In this document: positions 47,352 to 56,948 of the stretch, one piece after another
Position numbering within the stretch: the first letter of the stretch is position 1
How the letters are laid out: each line of letters opens with the position of its first letter
DNA from: Trueperaceae bacterium
Lineage (GTDB): Bacteria > Deinococcota > Deinococci > Deinococcales > Trueperaceae
Reading direction: 5' to 3'
Length of the DNA: 64,000 nt
Assembly (NCBI GenBank): GCA_965215565.1
Contig: CBDCDZ010000004.1
Span: 928,001 to 992,000 of the forward strand
Program-made: the position numbers and the translations under genes
The notes under the pieces: model-generated
Database searches by the model: none
Seen by the model: only the letters and a program-made list of their open reading frames with translations
What the model was told of the DNA's origin: nothing

Positions 47352-49109
47352 TCAAGCGCGAGGTTCCAGCCCTACCTTGTCCATCTCCTCTTTAAGCGCC
47401 CGCAGCCGCTTGTGACGCTCGCGCAGCTCCCACACGTACGCCTCCCAGTCATCCACCTGACCGAGCATGTCGCAGAGGTCTTGCACGCGCAAGAGGTGTT
47501 GCGCGGCTTCGGCGTAGTTGGCGCGCCCTCTCACCTCAATGAGCCTGTCAATTTCAGCGCGGAGGAGACGAATCGCCTCTGCGGGTCTCGAGCGTTCAGC
47601 AGCCCGCGCTACTGCCAAACTGAGCCGATTGGACGAGCGCCCGGTGCGCTCAAGGAGCCCCAAACTTCCGAGCGCCGCGTCCACCGCGCCGTGCAAGAGG
47701 TAGATTTCGGTGAGGAGCGCGTAGTGTTCTCGCTGGTTGAGCTTCGTTAGAACGGTTTCGCGCCGAGCTTGCCACCCGGACGTCCGCTCACCGAGCCGCC
47801 GCATCTCCTTGTAAGATTCGGTATACGGGCGCTGCCAGAAGAGGGTCACGCTGTACTCGAACGCCTCCCCAAATTCGCCGCGCCGCTCGTGCCAGTCTTT
47901 GAGCCACGCCAAAACGCTACTGCTGTCACCCTTGCGGCTACGCTCCAAAACGAGTCGGTAAGCCTCTTTGGTATGTCCCGCCTCGGCGAAGAGGTTCACG
48001 AGGTTGAGAAACCTATAGTCCTCGGCGGTTTTAACCTCTTGGGTGGCGTCGCCTAAACGGTTTAGCTCCAACAACCTCTTCACCAAATCCTCTAGACGCC
48101 CCGTCTCGCGGCTGACACGCAAAAAGGTCTCGTCGTCTAACGTGTCGGCTTGGAGTTGGAGCAGAAACTGTCCTAAATGTTCACGCTGAAACCGCTTGCT
48201 CCAGCCGTCGTCTTTGGGGATGACCCCTTCCACCCACCGCGTCACCTCTCGCCGCTCCTCCTGCGTGGTGTGCTCGACAATTGCCTCAGGTATGCCGTCG
48301 CCGATGCCGTAACCACCCAAACCCAAGTCTTCGCGGTAGATTTCAAATAGAGAGGTGAGGATGACTTCACGCAGGCTCACCTCTTCTTCGTCAGCCTGCG
48401 TCAAACACGCTATTAACCCTTCAGCGCAGTTTTGCGCCACGCTCGCCAAGCTGCCCTCTTCATCCTCGAAGTCAAAGTAGTTGCGCAAAACCTCATCGGC
48501 GATGGTTTGATACGCGGTGGCGGCGCTGCCCAGTTGTCCGCTCTCCAAGTAGCGGTCTGCGATGTGGGTAAGGTCATCTAGCTCGCCCTGAGTGTGGTAG
48601 CCGCCGTAACCGTCCCAGCCGTAGTCGCGCTCGTAGTTCCCAAGGACGCCGCGCACCTGCGCCTGAATTGCCTCGGCGCTCACAGGTTGCTCGGTAAAGT
48701 TGGGGGCAGAAGTTTCGACGAGCGTTTCCAAGTCGGGATAGCGCTCGACCATCTTGCTCACCAAAGCGACGAGGTCATCTTTGCTGCACGCCTCTAAGCT
48801 CGCCGCGAGCACTTCGACTTCGGTGAAAAGCTCGGGAGAGTCTATCCACGTAAGGAGCAGCGCGGCGACGTGCTTGCAGCGTCCGCCGTCTCCGACGGGG
48901 CAGGAGCAGTGGGCGCGTTGAATGGTGCCGTTTTTGAGCGTCACTTCGGCGCGGTAAGGGCGGGGGCTACTGCCCAAACAGTCCCCCTTGACGACGCCAC
49001 CTTGCACCTGCAGCCGCAAGAGCGCACCGCGTTGCGCGTACGGACGCCCCTTGTCGATCTCCTTTTGCCCGAGCCAGGCACGCACGTCGTCTTTGCTGAG
49101 GGAGGTCAT
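47352..49109 (-). CDS. SWIM zinc-finger protein with helical C-terminus
   Basis: CSCP...CKHVAALLL. Confidence 0.88.
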   Translation of the reverse strand: MTSLSKDDVRAWLGQKEIDKGRPYAQRGALLRLQVQGGVVKGDCLGSSPRPYRAEVTLKNGTIQRAHCSCPVGDGGRCKHVAALLLTWIDSPELFTEVEVLAASLEACSKDDLVALVSKMVERYPDLETLVETSAPNFTEQPVSAEAIQAQVRGVLGNYERDYGWDGYGGYHTQGELDDLTHIADRYLESGQLGSAATAYQTIADEVLRNYFDFEDEEGSLASVAQNCAEGLIACLTQADEEEVSLREVILTSLFEIYREDLGLGGYGIGDGIPEAIVEHTTQEERREVTRWVEGVIPKDDGWSKRFQREHLGQFLLQLQADTLDDETFLRVSRETGRLEDLVKRLLELNRLGDATQEVKTAEDYRFLNLVNLFAEAGHTKEAYRLVLERSRKGDSSSVLAWLKDWHERRGEFGEAFEYSVTLFWQRPYTESYKEMRRLGERTSGWQARRETVLTKLNQREHYALLTEIYLLHGAVDAALGSLGLLERTGRSSNRLSLAVARAAERSRPAEAIRLLRAEIDRLIEVRGRANYAEAAQHLLRVQDLCDMLGQVDDWEAYVWELRERHKRLRALKEEMDKVGLEPRA

Positions 49110-49158
49110 GACTTTAACTATAGAGCAAAAGTTTTGATGAGGAGATGAGCAGGAAAAG

Positions 49159-49313
49159 CGCTGCGACCTCTTCTCATCTCGTGGTAGGGATTCTAAAACA
49201 GATACTGCCGCGCGCTCCTTCTGCCGTCTTCACGCAATGAACAAGGGGTTGAAACCCCTTGCTTTGACACCTCTTGATACCCCTTGTTTTGACACCCCTG
49301 TCATTCCAGTAGC
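49159..49313 (-). repeat. Dispersed repeat family 3, copy 2
   Basis: AACAAGGGGTTGAAACCCCTTG at 49240-49261 plus partial duplication of CCCCTTG.TTTGACAC. Confidence 0.8.
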
Positions 49314-49536
49314 ACTTCCAAAATACGCTGAGACAGATGAACGCCGATCTCAGTTCGAAGAACTAGCGGGATTTCATCTCATAACGTGCGTGCTACGTTT
49401 CTGAAAGCTGCTCCGCGGAGGCGAGCAGTCTGAAAGCCCGTAGGGACGCAAGTTTACTGCCTAGCAACACCACTTATTACAGTAAGAGTATTTCAGACCA
49501 GATGAAAGTGCCCTGCTTTAGCGGGTATACCTGCTA
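49310..49536 (+). repeat. Dispersed repeat family 1, 227-bp copy with inserts
   Basis: TAGCACTTCC...AGTTCGAAGAACTAGCGGGATTTCA...TATACCTGCTA. Confidence 0.85.
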
Positions 49537-49620
49537 CAGATAGAGCCACTACCCATCTCGCTATCTTCCAAAGTGAGAACCTTGTCAAGCCAGCGTCGCC
49601 AGAATCGCTACACTACCTCT

Positions 49621-51849
49621 ATGGTCGCACGCCTCCGCAGCCTCTTTTCAAAACCGCCCTCGCTGGGTACCAGGCTCCTCCTCATCGCCTCAGCTTCGAC
49701 GCTCGTTCCCTTTGTGGTCATGCTTTTTAGCGCAACCTTGCAGCGTCAGTCGCTGGAGGCGTACGCCAAAGAGGAGGCGCTCAGGAGCGTGCGGCTCATC
49801 TCGGCAGAGCAGCACCAGCATATCGAATTAGCGGAGGAACTCTTGGCGGTGCTGTCGCACGTACCGGCAGTCAGCGAGAGGGACCCCGAAGCGTGCCCCG
49901 CGCTCTTGCAAGACATCATGCTGCAGTTTCCTATCTACACCATGATGGGTGTGCTGGAGCGTAATGGCGATATGTCGTGTAGCGCACTCCCGCTAGAAAG
50001 ACCCGTCAACGCCGCAGACCGCGTCTGGTTTCAAGACGCAGTCGGCACGAGAGGTTTCGTCGTGAGCGACTACATCATCGGGCGCGTCTCGGGTAAGCCG
50101 GCGCTCTCGCTCGGCTATCCACTTTTAGACGCGGCAGGCGAGACCGAAGCCGTCGCTTTCATCGGGCTCAACCTGCGTTGGCTCGACACGCTCATCGGGG
50201 GCGCGCAGCTCCCGGAGGGGGCGTCGCTCACGCTCATCGACGCTGAAGGCACGGTGCTCGCCAGCCGAGGTCCATTGGGGGAAACCTATATGATCGGGGA
50301 GAGCCTCGAGGAGACGCCTCTGGTGCAGCAGGTGCTCGCCGAGCAGACGGGCGTCGTGCAGCGCAAGCTAGAGGGGCAAACGGAGATTATCGGCTTCGCG
50401 CCCCTAGACCCGAACCTCACGGCGGGCTCGGTGATCGTGAGCATCCCTAGAGCCGTCGCCTTCGCTGAAGCTGACGACATCTTCTACCGCAGCACGCTGA
50501 CCCTGCTTAGCGTCTGCGTGAGCCTCCTCGCCGCTACTTGGTGGACGCTTCACCACTACGTGGGGCGTCCGGCGCAGGTGCTCTTGCAGACGACGCGGCG
50601 GCTGCGCGATGGCGACTTGGACGCCCGCACCGAGCTGCCTGCAAAGGGCGAACTCGGTCAGCTCGCTCGCCACTTCGACGCGATGGCGGCGTCCTTGCAA
50701 GCGAGAGAGCGGGAGGCCGGACGGGCAAAAACGCAGCTCCAGACGGCGAACGACAAGCTCTCGCGCTCCGTGCAGACCCTCGCCGTGCGCAACCGCGAGA
50801 TGACGCTCCTAACCCACTTCGGCGAACTGCTCCAGGCGAGCCTCTCGGTGCACGAGGCGTACCGCATTTTAGAGCAACTCGCCGTCGGTCTCTTCCCAGA
50901 CCTTTCCGGCGAGGTCTACGTCTTTGATACGAACAAAGAGTACGCCGTGCGCAGGGCGAGTTGGACTGGAGGAGAGGCCAACATAACGGTATCAGCGGAG
51001 ACGTTCGCGCTCACCGACTGCTGGGCGCTGCGCCGCACGCAGCCGCACCTCTACACGAAAGGAAAAGCGGACGTGCTCTGTTCTCACCTCGGGACGGGGC
51101 CCCAGACACACATTAAAGACGCCGCCCACCTGTGCATCCCCCTCATCGCTCAGGGCGAAGTCTTCGGCGTGCTCCATCTACAAGGAGACGCCGCCGCGCT
51201 GCAAAAAGACATGCAGCGCTTTAGCCGCACCGCCGCCGAGCAGTTCGCGCTCTCGCTCGCGGGGCTCACGCTCAAAGAGGAGCTGCACTACCAGTCCACC
51301 CGTGACCCGCTCACGGGGCTCTTCAACCGCCGTTACTTGGAGGAAACCTTGGAGCGCGAACTCGCTCGCGCCGCGCGTAACGGGACCTCTTTGGGCGTCG
51401 TCATGATCGACATCGACCACTTCAAAACCTTTAACGACACCTTCGGGCACCGCGCGGGCGACCTGGTCTTGCGCGAAGTCGCCGCGCTCTTGCAGCGGAG
51501 CGTGCGCTCGAGCGACATCTGCTGCCGCTACGGGGGCGAAGAGCTTACGCTCGTGCTGCTCGACGCCTCCTTGGAGAATACCTGTAAGCGGGCGGAGTAT
51601 ATCCGCGAGGCGTTAGAAGCGCTCACCCTCACGCATGAAGGGCGCTCGCTCGGCAAACTCACGGCGTCGTTCGGCGTGGTCAGTGCACCGCAGCACGGCG
51701 AGCGCATAGGCGACCTCTTGGAAAAGGCGGATTTGGCGCTCTACAAGGCGAAGCACAGAGGGCGCAACCGTGTCGAAGCGGCAGGGATTGAAGAGGTTAC
51801 TCAGAGTGATGCAGACCGGAGTGAAGAGGTCCCCATAGAGAACGGTTAG
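49621..51849 (+). CDS. Membrane diguanylate cyclase (Cache-HAMP-GAF-GGDEF)
   Basis: 2 TM, DR.WF/GRVSGKP Cache, HAMP, DPLTGLFNRR, RSSD I-site, RYGGEEL. Confidence 0.93.
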   Translation: MVARLRSLFSKPPSLGTRLLLIASASTLVPFVVMLFSATLQRQSLEAYAKEEALRSVRLISAEQHQHIELAEELLAVLSHVPAVSERDPEACPALLQDIMLQFPIYTMMGVLERNGDMSCSALPLERPVNAADRVWFQDAVGTRGFVVSDYIIGRVSGKPALSLGYPLLDAAGETEAVAFIGLNLRWLDTLIGGAQLPEGASLTLIDAEGTVLASRGPLGETYMIGESLEETPLVQQVLAEQTGVVQRKLEGQTEIIGFAPLDPNLTAGSVIVSIPRAVAFAEADDIFYRSTLTLLSVCVSLLAATWWTLHHYVGRPAQVLLQTTRRLRDGDLDARTELPAKGELGQLARHFDAMAASLQAREREAGRAKTQLQTANDKLSRSVQTLAVRNREMTLLTHFGELLQASLSVHEAYRILEQLAVGLFPDLSGEVYVFDTNKEYAVRRASWTGGEANITVSAETFALTDCWALRRTQPHLYTKGKADVLCSHLGTGPQTHIKDAAHLCIPLIAQGEVFGVLHLQGDAAALQKDMQRFSRTAAEQFALSLAGLTLKEELHYQSTRDPLTGLFNRRYLEETLERELARAARNGTSLGVVMIDIDHFKTFNDTFGHRAGDLVLREVAALLQRSVRSSDICCRYGGEELTLVLLDASLENTCKRAEYIREALEALTLTHEGRSLGKLTASFGVVSAPQHGERIGDLLEKADLALYKAKHRGRNRVEAAGIEEVTQSDADRSEEVPIENG

Positions 51850-51932
51850 GTTATCCTTCGCAAACACCTCTTGATGGTTTGAGGTCCCAGATGTGATTCA
51901 ATAGCGTTACATTCGCGTGAGGAGAACCTTAT

Positions 51933-52817
51933 GTGCGCACCCATAACGCTAAAACTAGAACTCCCCCGCAGCGCCAAAACGCAGTGAGCGCAGAGCACGC
52001 TAAATTCTGGCGCGACAAGGCGTTAGGCTTCGACTTGCTTCACGCCACTTACGTCAAACACAGCTTCGCGCCGCACACGCACGAAGGGTACGTCATCGGC
52101 GTCGTTGACAGGGGCGTTCAGACCTTTCGCTATAGAGGTGCCGCGCACTACGCGCCGCCAGGTCACGTCATTTTGGTCAACCCTGGTGAGGTACATACGG
52201 GCTCCGCCGCGCACGAAGCGGGCTGGACGTACCGTCCATGTTATCCACCTGCTCGGGCACTTAGAGCGGTTCACGAAGAATTGGGACGCAGGGATGCGCC
52301 TTACTTTCCCGACGCCGTCGTCCATGACCCGCTGCTCGCTAAGAAGCTGCGAGCGTTTCACCGCGCCTCGGAAGACGACGCCTCACTCCTGACGCGGAGC
52401 ACCGCGCTTTTTGAAATGCTCACGGTGCTGATTCAGCGGCACGCGGACGTGCGCCCGACCTCTCTACAAGGGGGTTCCTTACTACAAAAGGGTTCAGGGC
52501 ACCGCAAAGTGGACGAGGCTAGAGACTATCTGGACGCTTACGCCGAGCACGAAATCCGCTTGGAACGTCTCGCCGATCTGGTTGAACTAAGCCCTTGGTA
52601 CTTGCTGCGCACCTTTCGCCGCGAAACCGGGCTCACGCCGCACACCTATCAATTACAGAAGAGGCTCGAGAGGGCTAAAGTGTTACTTGCCCGGGGTGAA
52701 ACACCCGCACAAGTCGCCTTCCAAGTCGGTTTTTACGACCAGAGTCACCTGGGTAAACACTTCAAGAGGTTCGTCGGGGTGACGCCCGCGCAGTTTGCGA
52801 GGGGTGTCGCGCCGTAG
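51933..52817 (+). CDS. AraC family transcriptional regulator
   Basis: H.FAPHTHE, NPGEVH, GFYDQSH...FKR..GVTP. Confidence 0.94.
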   Translation: MRTHNAKTRTPPQRQNAVSAEHAKFWRDKALGFDLLHATYVKHSFAPHTHEGYVIGVVDRGVQTFRYRGAAHYAPPGHVILVNPGEVHTGSAAHEAGWTYRPCYPPARALRAVHEELGRRDAPYFPDAVVHDPLLAKKLRAFHRASEDDASLLTRSTALFEMLTVLIQRHADVRPTSLQGGSLLQKGSGHRKVDEARDYLDAYAEHEIRLERLADLVELSPWYLLRTFRRETGLTPHTYQLQKRLERAKVLLARGETPAQVAFQVGFYDQSHLGKHFKRFVGVTPAQFARGVAP

Positions 52818-52894
52818 GTCGCAGTGAGTCTTAGAGAGTCTCGGGCGCAATTTCTTCCTAGCATCTCCGAACTGAGAGGGTATACCCTCTCTAC

Positions 52895-53617
52895 GTGCCC
52901 CCGAGCTTCACGAACTCCAAAGCAGACGCCAAGCCAAATTTCAGCGCGAACTTGAGCGCGGGTTTTAGGGCGATGCTGCCCCTCTGGACAGGGCTCATCC
53001 CCTTCGGCTTAGCGTACGCCCTCTCCGCACGTACAGCCGGGCTGAGCCCTTTTGACACGCAACTGATGAGCGCCTTTGTCCTTGCCGGGAGCGCTCAGTT
53101 TAGCGCCGCCGGGCTCTTCGGTCTCGGCGCGTCGGGCGCGTCCATCGTGCTGACTACTTTCGTGATCAATCTGCGCCACCTGCTCTACACCTTGACGCTG
53201 GGTCAGCGGCTCGAGCTGCGCTGGTCACAGAAACTCTTAGCCGCGCACCTCACCACCGACGAAGCCTTCGGCGTAACGATTGCCAGTGAGAACGTCACTT
53301 ACCCTTTTTTCTTGGGTGCAGCGCTGAGCCTCTTCACCTCATGGAACGCGAGCACGTTAGCGGGTATCCTTCTCAGCACCACTATTCCCAACCCCGCCGC
53401 GCTCGGTATCGACTTCATCTTTCCGCTCGCTTTTTTAGCGCTCCTCATTCCCTTGCTCAGAAGCTGGACGGAGGTAGGTACCGCTACGCTTGCGGGCGTC
53501 AGCGCTCTTTTGGTGACGGACCTTGTCGGTGGCGGCTTGACAATTTTTTTAGTAGGGACGCTCGGCGCACTTTTGGGTGCGTGGTGGACGCAGCCGAAAG
53601 AGGAGAAGAGCGTATGA
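52895..53617 (+). CDS. azlC: AzlC family branched-chain amino acid exporter
   Basis: MS..V.AGSAQF, NLRHLLY, TDEAF. Confidence 0.88.
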   Translation: MPPSFTNSKADAKPNFSANLSAGFRAMLPLWTGLIPFGLAYALSARTAGLSPFDTQLMSAFVLAGSAQFSAAGLFGLGASGASIVLTTFVINLRHLLYTLTLGQRLELRWSQKLLAAHLTTDEAFGVTIASENVTYPFFLGAALSLFTSWNASTLAGILLSTTIPNPAALGIDFIFPLAFLALLIPLLRSWTEVGTATLAGVSALLVTDLVGGGLTIFLVGTLGALLGAWWTQPKEEKSV

Positions 53618-53910
53618 GCGCCACCCTGATTATCCTCCTGATGGCGCTCGTCACGTACGGACCGCGCCTCGCAGGGTTCGCCCTCTCGGGCGTGCGCTTG
53701 CCCAGCTTCTGGCTGCGCTTCTTGCACTTCGTTCCTATTACAGTGTTTGCTGCGCTGATCGTACCCGCACTGCCCGGTGACGAGGGTGAGGTCAGTATCC
53801 GCCTGGTTGCGGCAACGCTCGCCGCGCTCGCGCTTTGGCGCGCGAAACAACTGTGGTTAGGTATCACCGTAGGGATGGGCGTCTTCTGGCTACTCCGCGC
53901 CCTGCTCTAA
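53614..53910 (+). CDS. azlD: AzlD family membrane protein
   Basis: ATGA overlap with azlC; MALVTY..R, FL.FVP..VFAAL. Confidence 0.85.
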   Translation: MSATLIILLMALVTYGPRLAGFALSGVRLPSFWLRFLHFVPITVFAALIVPALPGDEGEVSIRLVAATLAALALWRAKQLWLGITVGMGVFWLLRALL

Positions 53911-53913
53911 CGC

Positions 53914-54273
53914 TCAGTTCAAAACGCGCATGGCGGGCAACGTGTCGCCTTCTAAAATGCGCAACCAGTGACTCAGCACGTAGACGCTCACGCTTAAAAG
54001 GTTGACAAAGGTGTCCACGTATTGGGGCGTCTCGAGCAGGACCGATTCGGGCGCGTTCTTCGAGAGGATCACCGCTTGCCACGCTTCGGCGGCGACGAGC
54101 GAGGAGCGTTTTATCCCCGCCTCGGCTGCGGGGTAGTCGCGTAAAATGGTTTCAAAATCGGGATGAACCTCGACGGCTTTTTTCACGATATCGAAGTCTA
54201 AGAGTAACCGCTCCAAACGTTGCATCTCATCTTGGCTGTAGGACGTTGTTAAGGTGTTCACGCTTGCCTCCAT
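53914..54273 (-). CDS. Hypothetical protein (~119 aa)
   Basis: ORF; ATG 54273 lies just downstream of a direct-repeat/TACCTT promoter. Confidence 0.6.
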   Translation of the reverse strand: MEASVNTLTTSYSQDEMQRLERLLLDFDIVKKAVEVHPDFETILRDYPAAEAGIKRSSLVAAEAWQAVILSKNAPESVLLETPQYVDTFVNLLSVSVYVLSHWLRILEGDTLPAMRVLN

Positions 54274-54359
54274 GTTGCTTATCAAGGTAGCGCTTAGAGC
54301 GTTCTATGAGCGTTCCACCTCGAAGAGGTTGAGCCGGAACGCTCGCTATATCTGAAGGC

Positions 54360-54386
54360 AAAAAATAACAGGTCCGAAGACCTGTT
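54360..54386 (-). terminator. Intrinsic terminator of the micro-peptide gene
   Basis: Minus strand AACAGGTC-TTCG-GACCTGTT-ATTTTTT. Confidence 0.85.
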
Positions 54387-54403
54387 GTGGGGTAAAAGGT
54401 GAG

Positions 54404-54532
54404 TTAGTTGCTGATCTTGAAACCGTTGCTAATCTTAAAGCCGTCGCTTGATTTGCTGGACGAACCCGCAAAGGTGGTGGAAGAAAGCGACACGGTAAAA
54501 ATAAGAAGGAGGGCTAACGCAATTTTTTTCAT
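54404..54532 (-). CDS. Unannotated 42-aa secreted peptide MKKIALALLLIFTVSLSSTTFA-GSSSKSSDGFKISNGFKISN
   Basis: RBS AAGGGAG, Sec signal ending TFA, duplicated GFKISN, own promoter and terminator. Confidence 0.8.
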   Translation of the reverse strand: MKKIALALLLIFTVSLSSTTFAGSSSKSSDGFKISNGFKISN

Positions 54533-54771
54533 TTTTATCTCCCTTGTAGTCGGTCTTAATTGGATGAGGTTGCTTCCTCTTCCTCTTGACCTGAAATCAG
54601 TCTAAAGGACAAAGGTTGCCAAAAGGTTGCCAAAAAGAGGCTAAAAGGTTGCCGCTCAAACAAGAGGTAAGATTGCGAGTTAAAGAAAGTTTTAACAAGG
54701 CAACCTTTCGCTTTGTCCTCCGGTAGCCGTTCCGCGAACTATGTAATGGACGCTTTCCAACGAAAGATATC

Positions 54772-55704
54772 CTAAGCAGCTTTCCCGCTGACAGCGAGTT
54801 GTGTCACCGCGTTAAAAAAGGCTTCGACGACCTCGACAGGGTAGTGAACGCCCGCAAATTTGCGGATTTCTGCGAACGCGGTCTCGGCGGAGAGTGCTTT
54901 GCGGTAAGGTCTATCGGTAGTCATGGCGTCGAAGGTATCCGCCACAGCCACGATATACGCTTCGGTGAGGATTTCGTCTCCTTTAAGACCATAGGGGTAG
55001 CCCGAACCGTCGAAACGCTCGTGATGTTGTTCCACAATTTTTCCGGCTATGGAGGGATAGGTTCCCTCTAGCGCCTCACGCCCGAACCGCGGGTGCTGTT
55101 CTATCACGCGCCACTCCTCGGGTGTGAGCTTACCGGGCTTATTCAGTATCTCCTCTGGCACTTTCGTCTTACCGATATCGTGAAAGTACGCGCCGTAATC
55201 AAGCCGATGAAGCCTTTCTGCTGAAAGACCGAGTTGCTCACCTGTCGCGTAGGAGAGACGTTGGATGCGGTAGCAGTGGTCCGACGTATATCCGTCTTTA
55301 CGCTCGACTTCGACCGCGAGTTCTCGCAGTTGGCGTATGTCTTCGCTGATCTCATGGAACTGGGGCACCGAGGAGACGAACAGGAAGCGAACTTCGTTCA
55401 GTGCAGAAAAGGTTGTTACGGCAGAAAGTGACTGAACGACGAAGTGATCGCCCGCTCGGAGCGTTTCCCCCTCAGGAGTGCTGAGTTCGCCGGAGAGGAC
55501 GTAGTAGGTTTCTACAGCCCCCTCAAAAGGCGTGAGCGTAAGACGCTGCCCTGCGCGCAACGTTCCCTCGACGACCTCCGCCGTGGCTGAGGACGACAGC
55601 AAGCGAACTTCGATGGAAAGCGAGCTAACGCGCTCTAAGCATTCTCCTGCACGTTGAACAGTAACGCCTTGTACTTTACTCTCAACCGGTCTCTCTGCGA
55701 TCAT
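54772..55704 (-). CDS. Cupin-like N-domain plus HD-GYP phosphodiesterase
   Basis: RBS GAGGAG; E.YYVLSGEL cupin pattern; FHDIGK, HHERFDGSGYP. Confidence 0.9.
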   Translation of the reverse strand: MIAERPVESKVQGVTVQRAGECLERVSSLSIEVRLLSSSATAEVVEGTLRAGQRLTLTPFEGAVETYYVLSGELSTPEGETLRAGDHFVVQSLSAVTTFSALNEVRFLFVSSVPQFHEISEDIRQLRELAVEVERKDGYTSDHCYRIQRLSYATGEQLGLSAERLHRLDYGAYFHDIGKTKVPEEILNKPGKLTPEEWRVIEQHPRFGREALEGTYPSIAGKIVEQHHERFDGSGYPYGLKGDEILTEAYIVAVADTFDAMTTDRPYRKALSAETAFAEIRKFAGVHYPVEVVEAFFNAVTQLAVSGKAA

Positions 55705-55885
55705 TCGGTATCTCCTCAAGTACCTACTATGCAGCGCACTCCCTTACAGAATTCTTACGCTTATCCGTGTATTTATGAGCTTCGCCAAGCAGCCTACACA
55801 CATGAGCTTGCGCAAACGTGTAGCATCAGGGCAAGTAAAGCTGGAGACGGACAGAGTAGCAAGAGACAGTCCGGGGAGGTTGTTC

Positions 55886-56821
55886 ATGAAACTAGGCATG
55901 GTGGGGCTCGGCAAGATGGGCGGCGATATGACGCGGCGGCTCATGCAGCGTGGTCACGAGGTGGTCGTTTTCGACATCTCCGAGGGCGCAGTGAAGCACT
56001 TGGCAGACGAGGGCGCGACGGCGTCGGAGAGCATCGAGGATATGGTGAGCAAGTTGGAGCCGCCACGTACGGTTTGGCTCTCACTACCTTCGGGTGAGAT
56101 CACGGAGCAGAGCGTAACGCAGACGCTCGAGCTGCTGGAGCCTGAAGACGTGCTCGTAGACAGCGCCAACAGCGACTGGCGCGACACCTTAGCGCGCGAT
56201 AAGAAGGCGGAGGAAGCGGGCGTGCACTACGTTGACGCGGGCGTTTCGGGTGGCATTTGGGGACTGCGCGAGGGCTACAACCTCATGGTCGGCGGCAGCG
56301 ACAAGGCGTTTAGTGATATCGAGCCCGCTCTGCAAGCCTTAGCCCCTGAAGGCGGCTACGCCCACGTCGGACCGGCAGGCAGCGGTCACTTTGTTAAGAT
56401 GGTCCATAACGGCGTCGAGTACGCGCTGATGCAGTCTTATGGGGAGGGGTTCGAGGTGCTCGCGTCCTTTGAACATGCAGAACTTGACCTGCACCAGATC
56501 GCCAAGCTCTGGACGAACGGCTCGGTGATCCGCTCGTGGCTTTTAGAACTCAGTATCAGCGCGCTGAAAGAGGACAAGCGCTTGGAGAATATCGAGGCGT
56601 TTGTCAACGACTCGGGCATGGGGCGCTGGACGGTGGAGTATGGTGTGAACCACGCGGTGCCGACGCCCGCGATTGCAGCGGCGCTCTACGCGCGGTTCTC
56701 GAGCCGTCAACAAGACTCCTTCGCCGCCAAAGTCGCCGCCGCCCTGCGCAACGAGTTCGGCGGTCACAGCGTCAAAAGGCGCGAGCCAGCCGGGGAAGAA
56801 GACCCAGGGAAAGAGCAGTGA
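55886..56821 (+). CDS. gnd: 6-phosphogluconate dehydrogenase (short decarboxylating type)
   Basis: GLGKMG, DAGVSGG, GHFVKMVHNGVEY, LRNEFGGH; RBS GGAGG. Confidence 0.94.
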   Translation: MKLGMVGLGKMGGDMTRRLMQRGHEVVVFDISEGAVKHLADEGATASESIEDMVSKLEPPRTVWLSLPSGEITEQSVTQTLELLEPEDVLVDSANSDWRDTLARDKKAEEAGVHYVDAGVSGGIWGLREGYNLMVGGSDKAFSDIEPALQALAPEGGYAHVGPAGSGHFVKMVHNGVEYALMQSYGEGFEVLASFEHAELDLHQIAKLWTNGSVIRSWLLELSISALKEDKRLENIEAFVNDSGMGRWTVEYGVNHAVPTPAIAAALYARFSSRQQDSFAAKVAAALRNEFGGHSVKRREPAGEEDPGKEQ

Positions 56822-56948
56822 TGGCCTTTGAAGTGCGCGGATATCACGCAACGTGTAAACTAAGGGACTTTTTGTACAGCGAGTACGTTTGTAACCAACG
56901 GCTACCTGCTAGCCACGACCCGATGTTACCTGCTACTGAGGAGGCTTA

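Noticed and set aside
49395..49465. Group II intron fragment suggested by GNRA-type hairpins
   Set aside because: No domain V (GAGCCG...CGGTTC) and no reverse transcriptase; it lies inside a family-1 repeat.
54408..54605. Plus-strand 65-aa ORF with LILKP repeats
   Set aside because: Shadow of the minus-strand peptide gene, which has the RBS, signal peptide, promoter and terminator.
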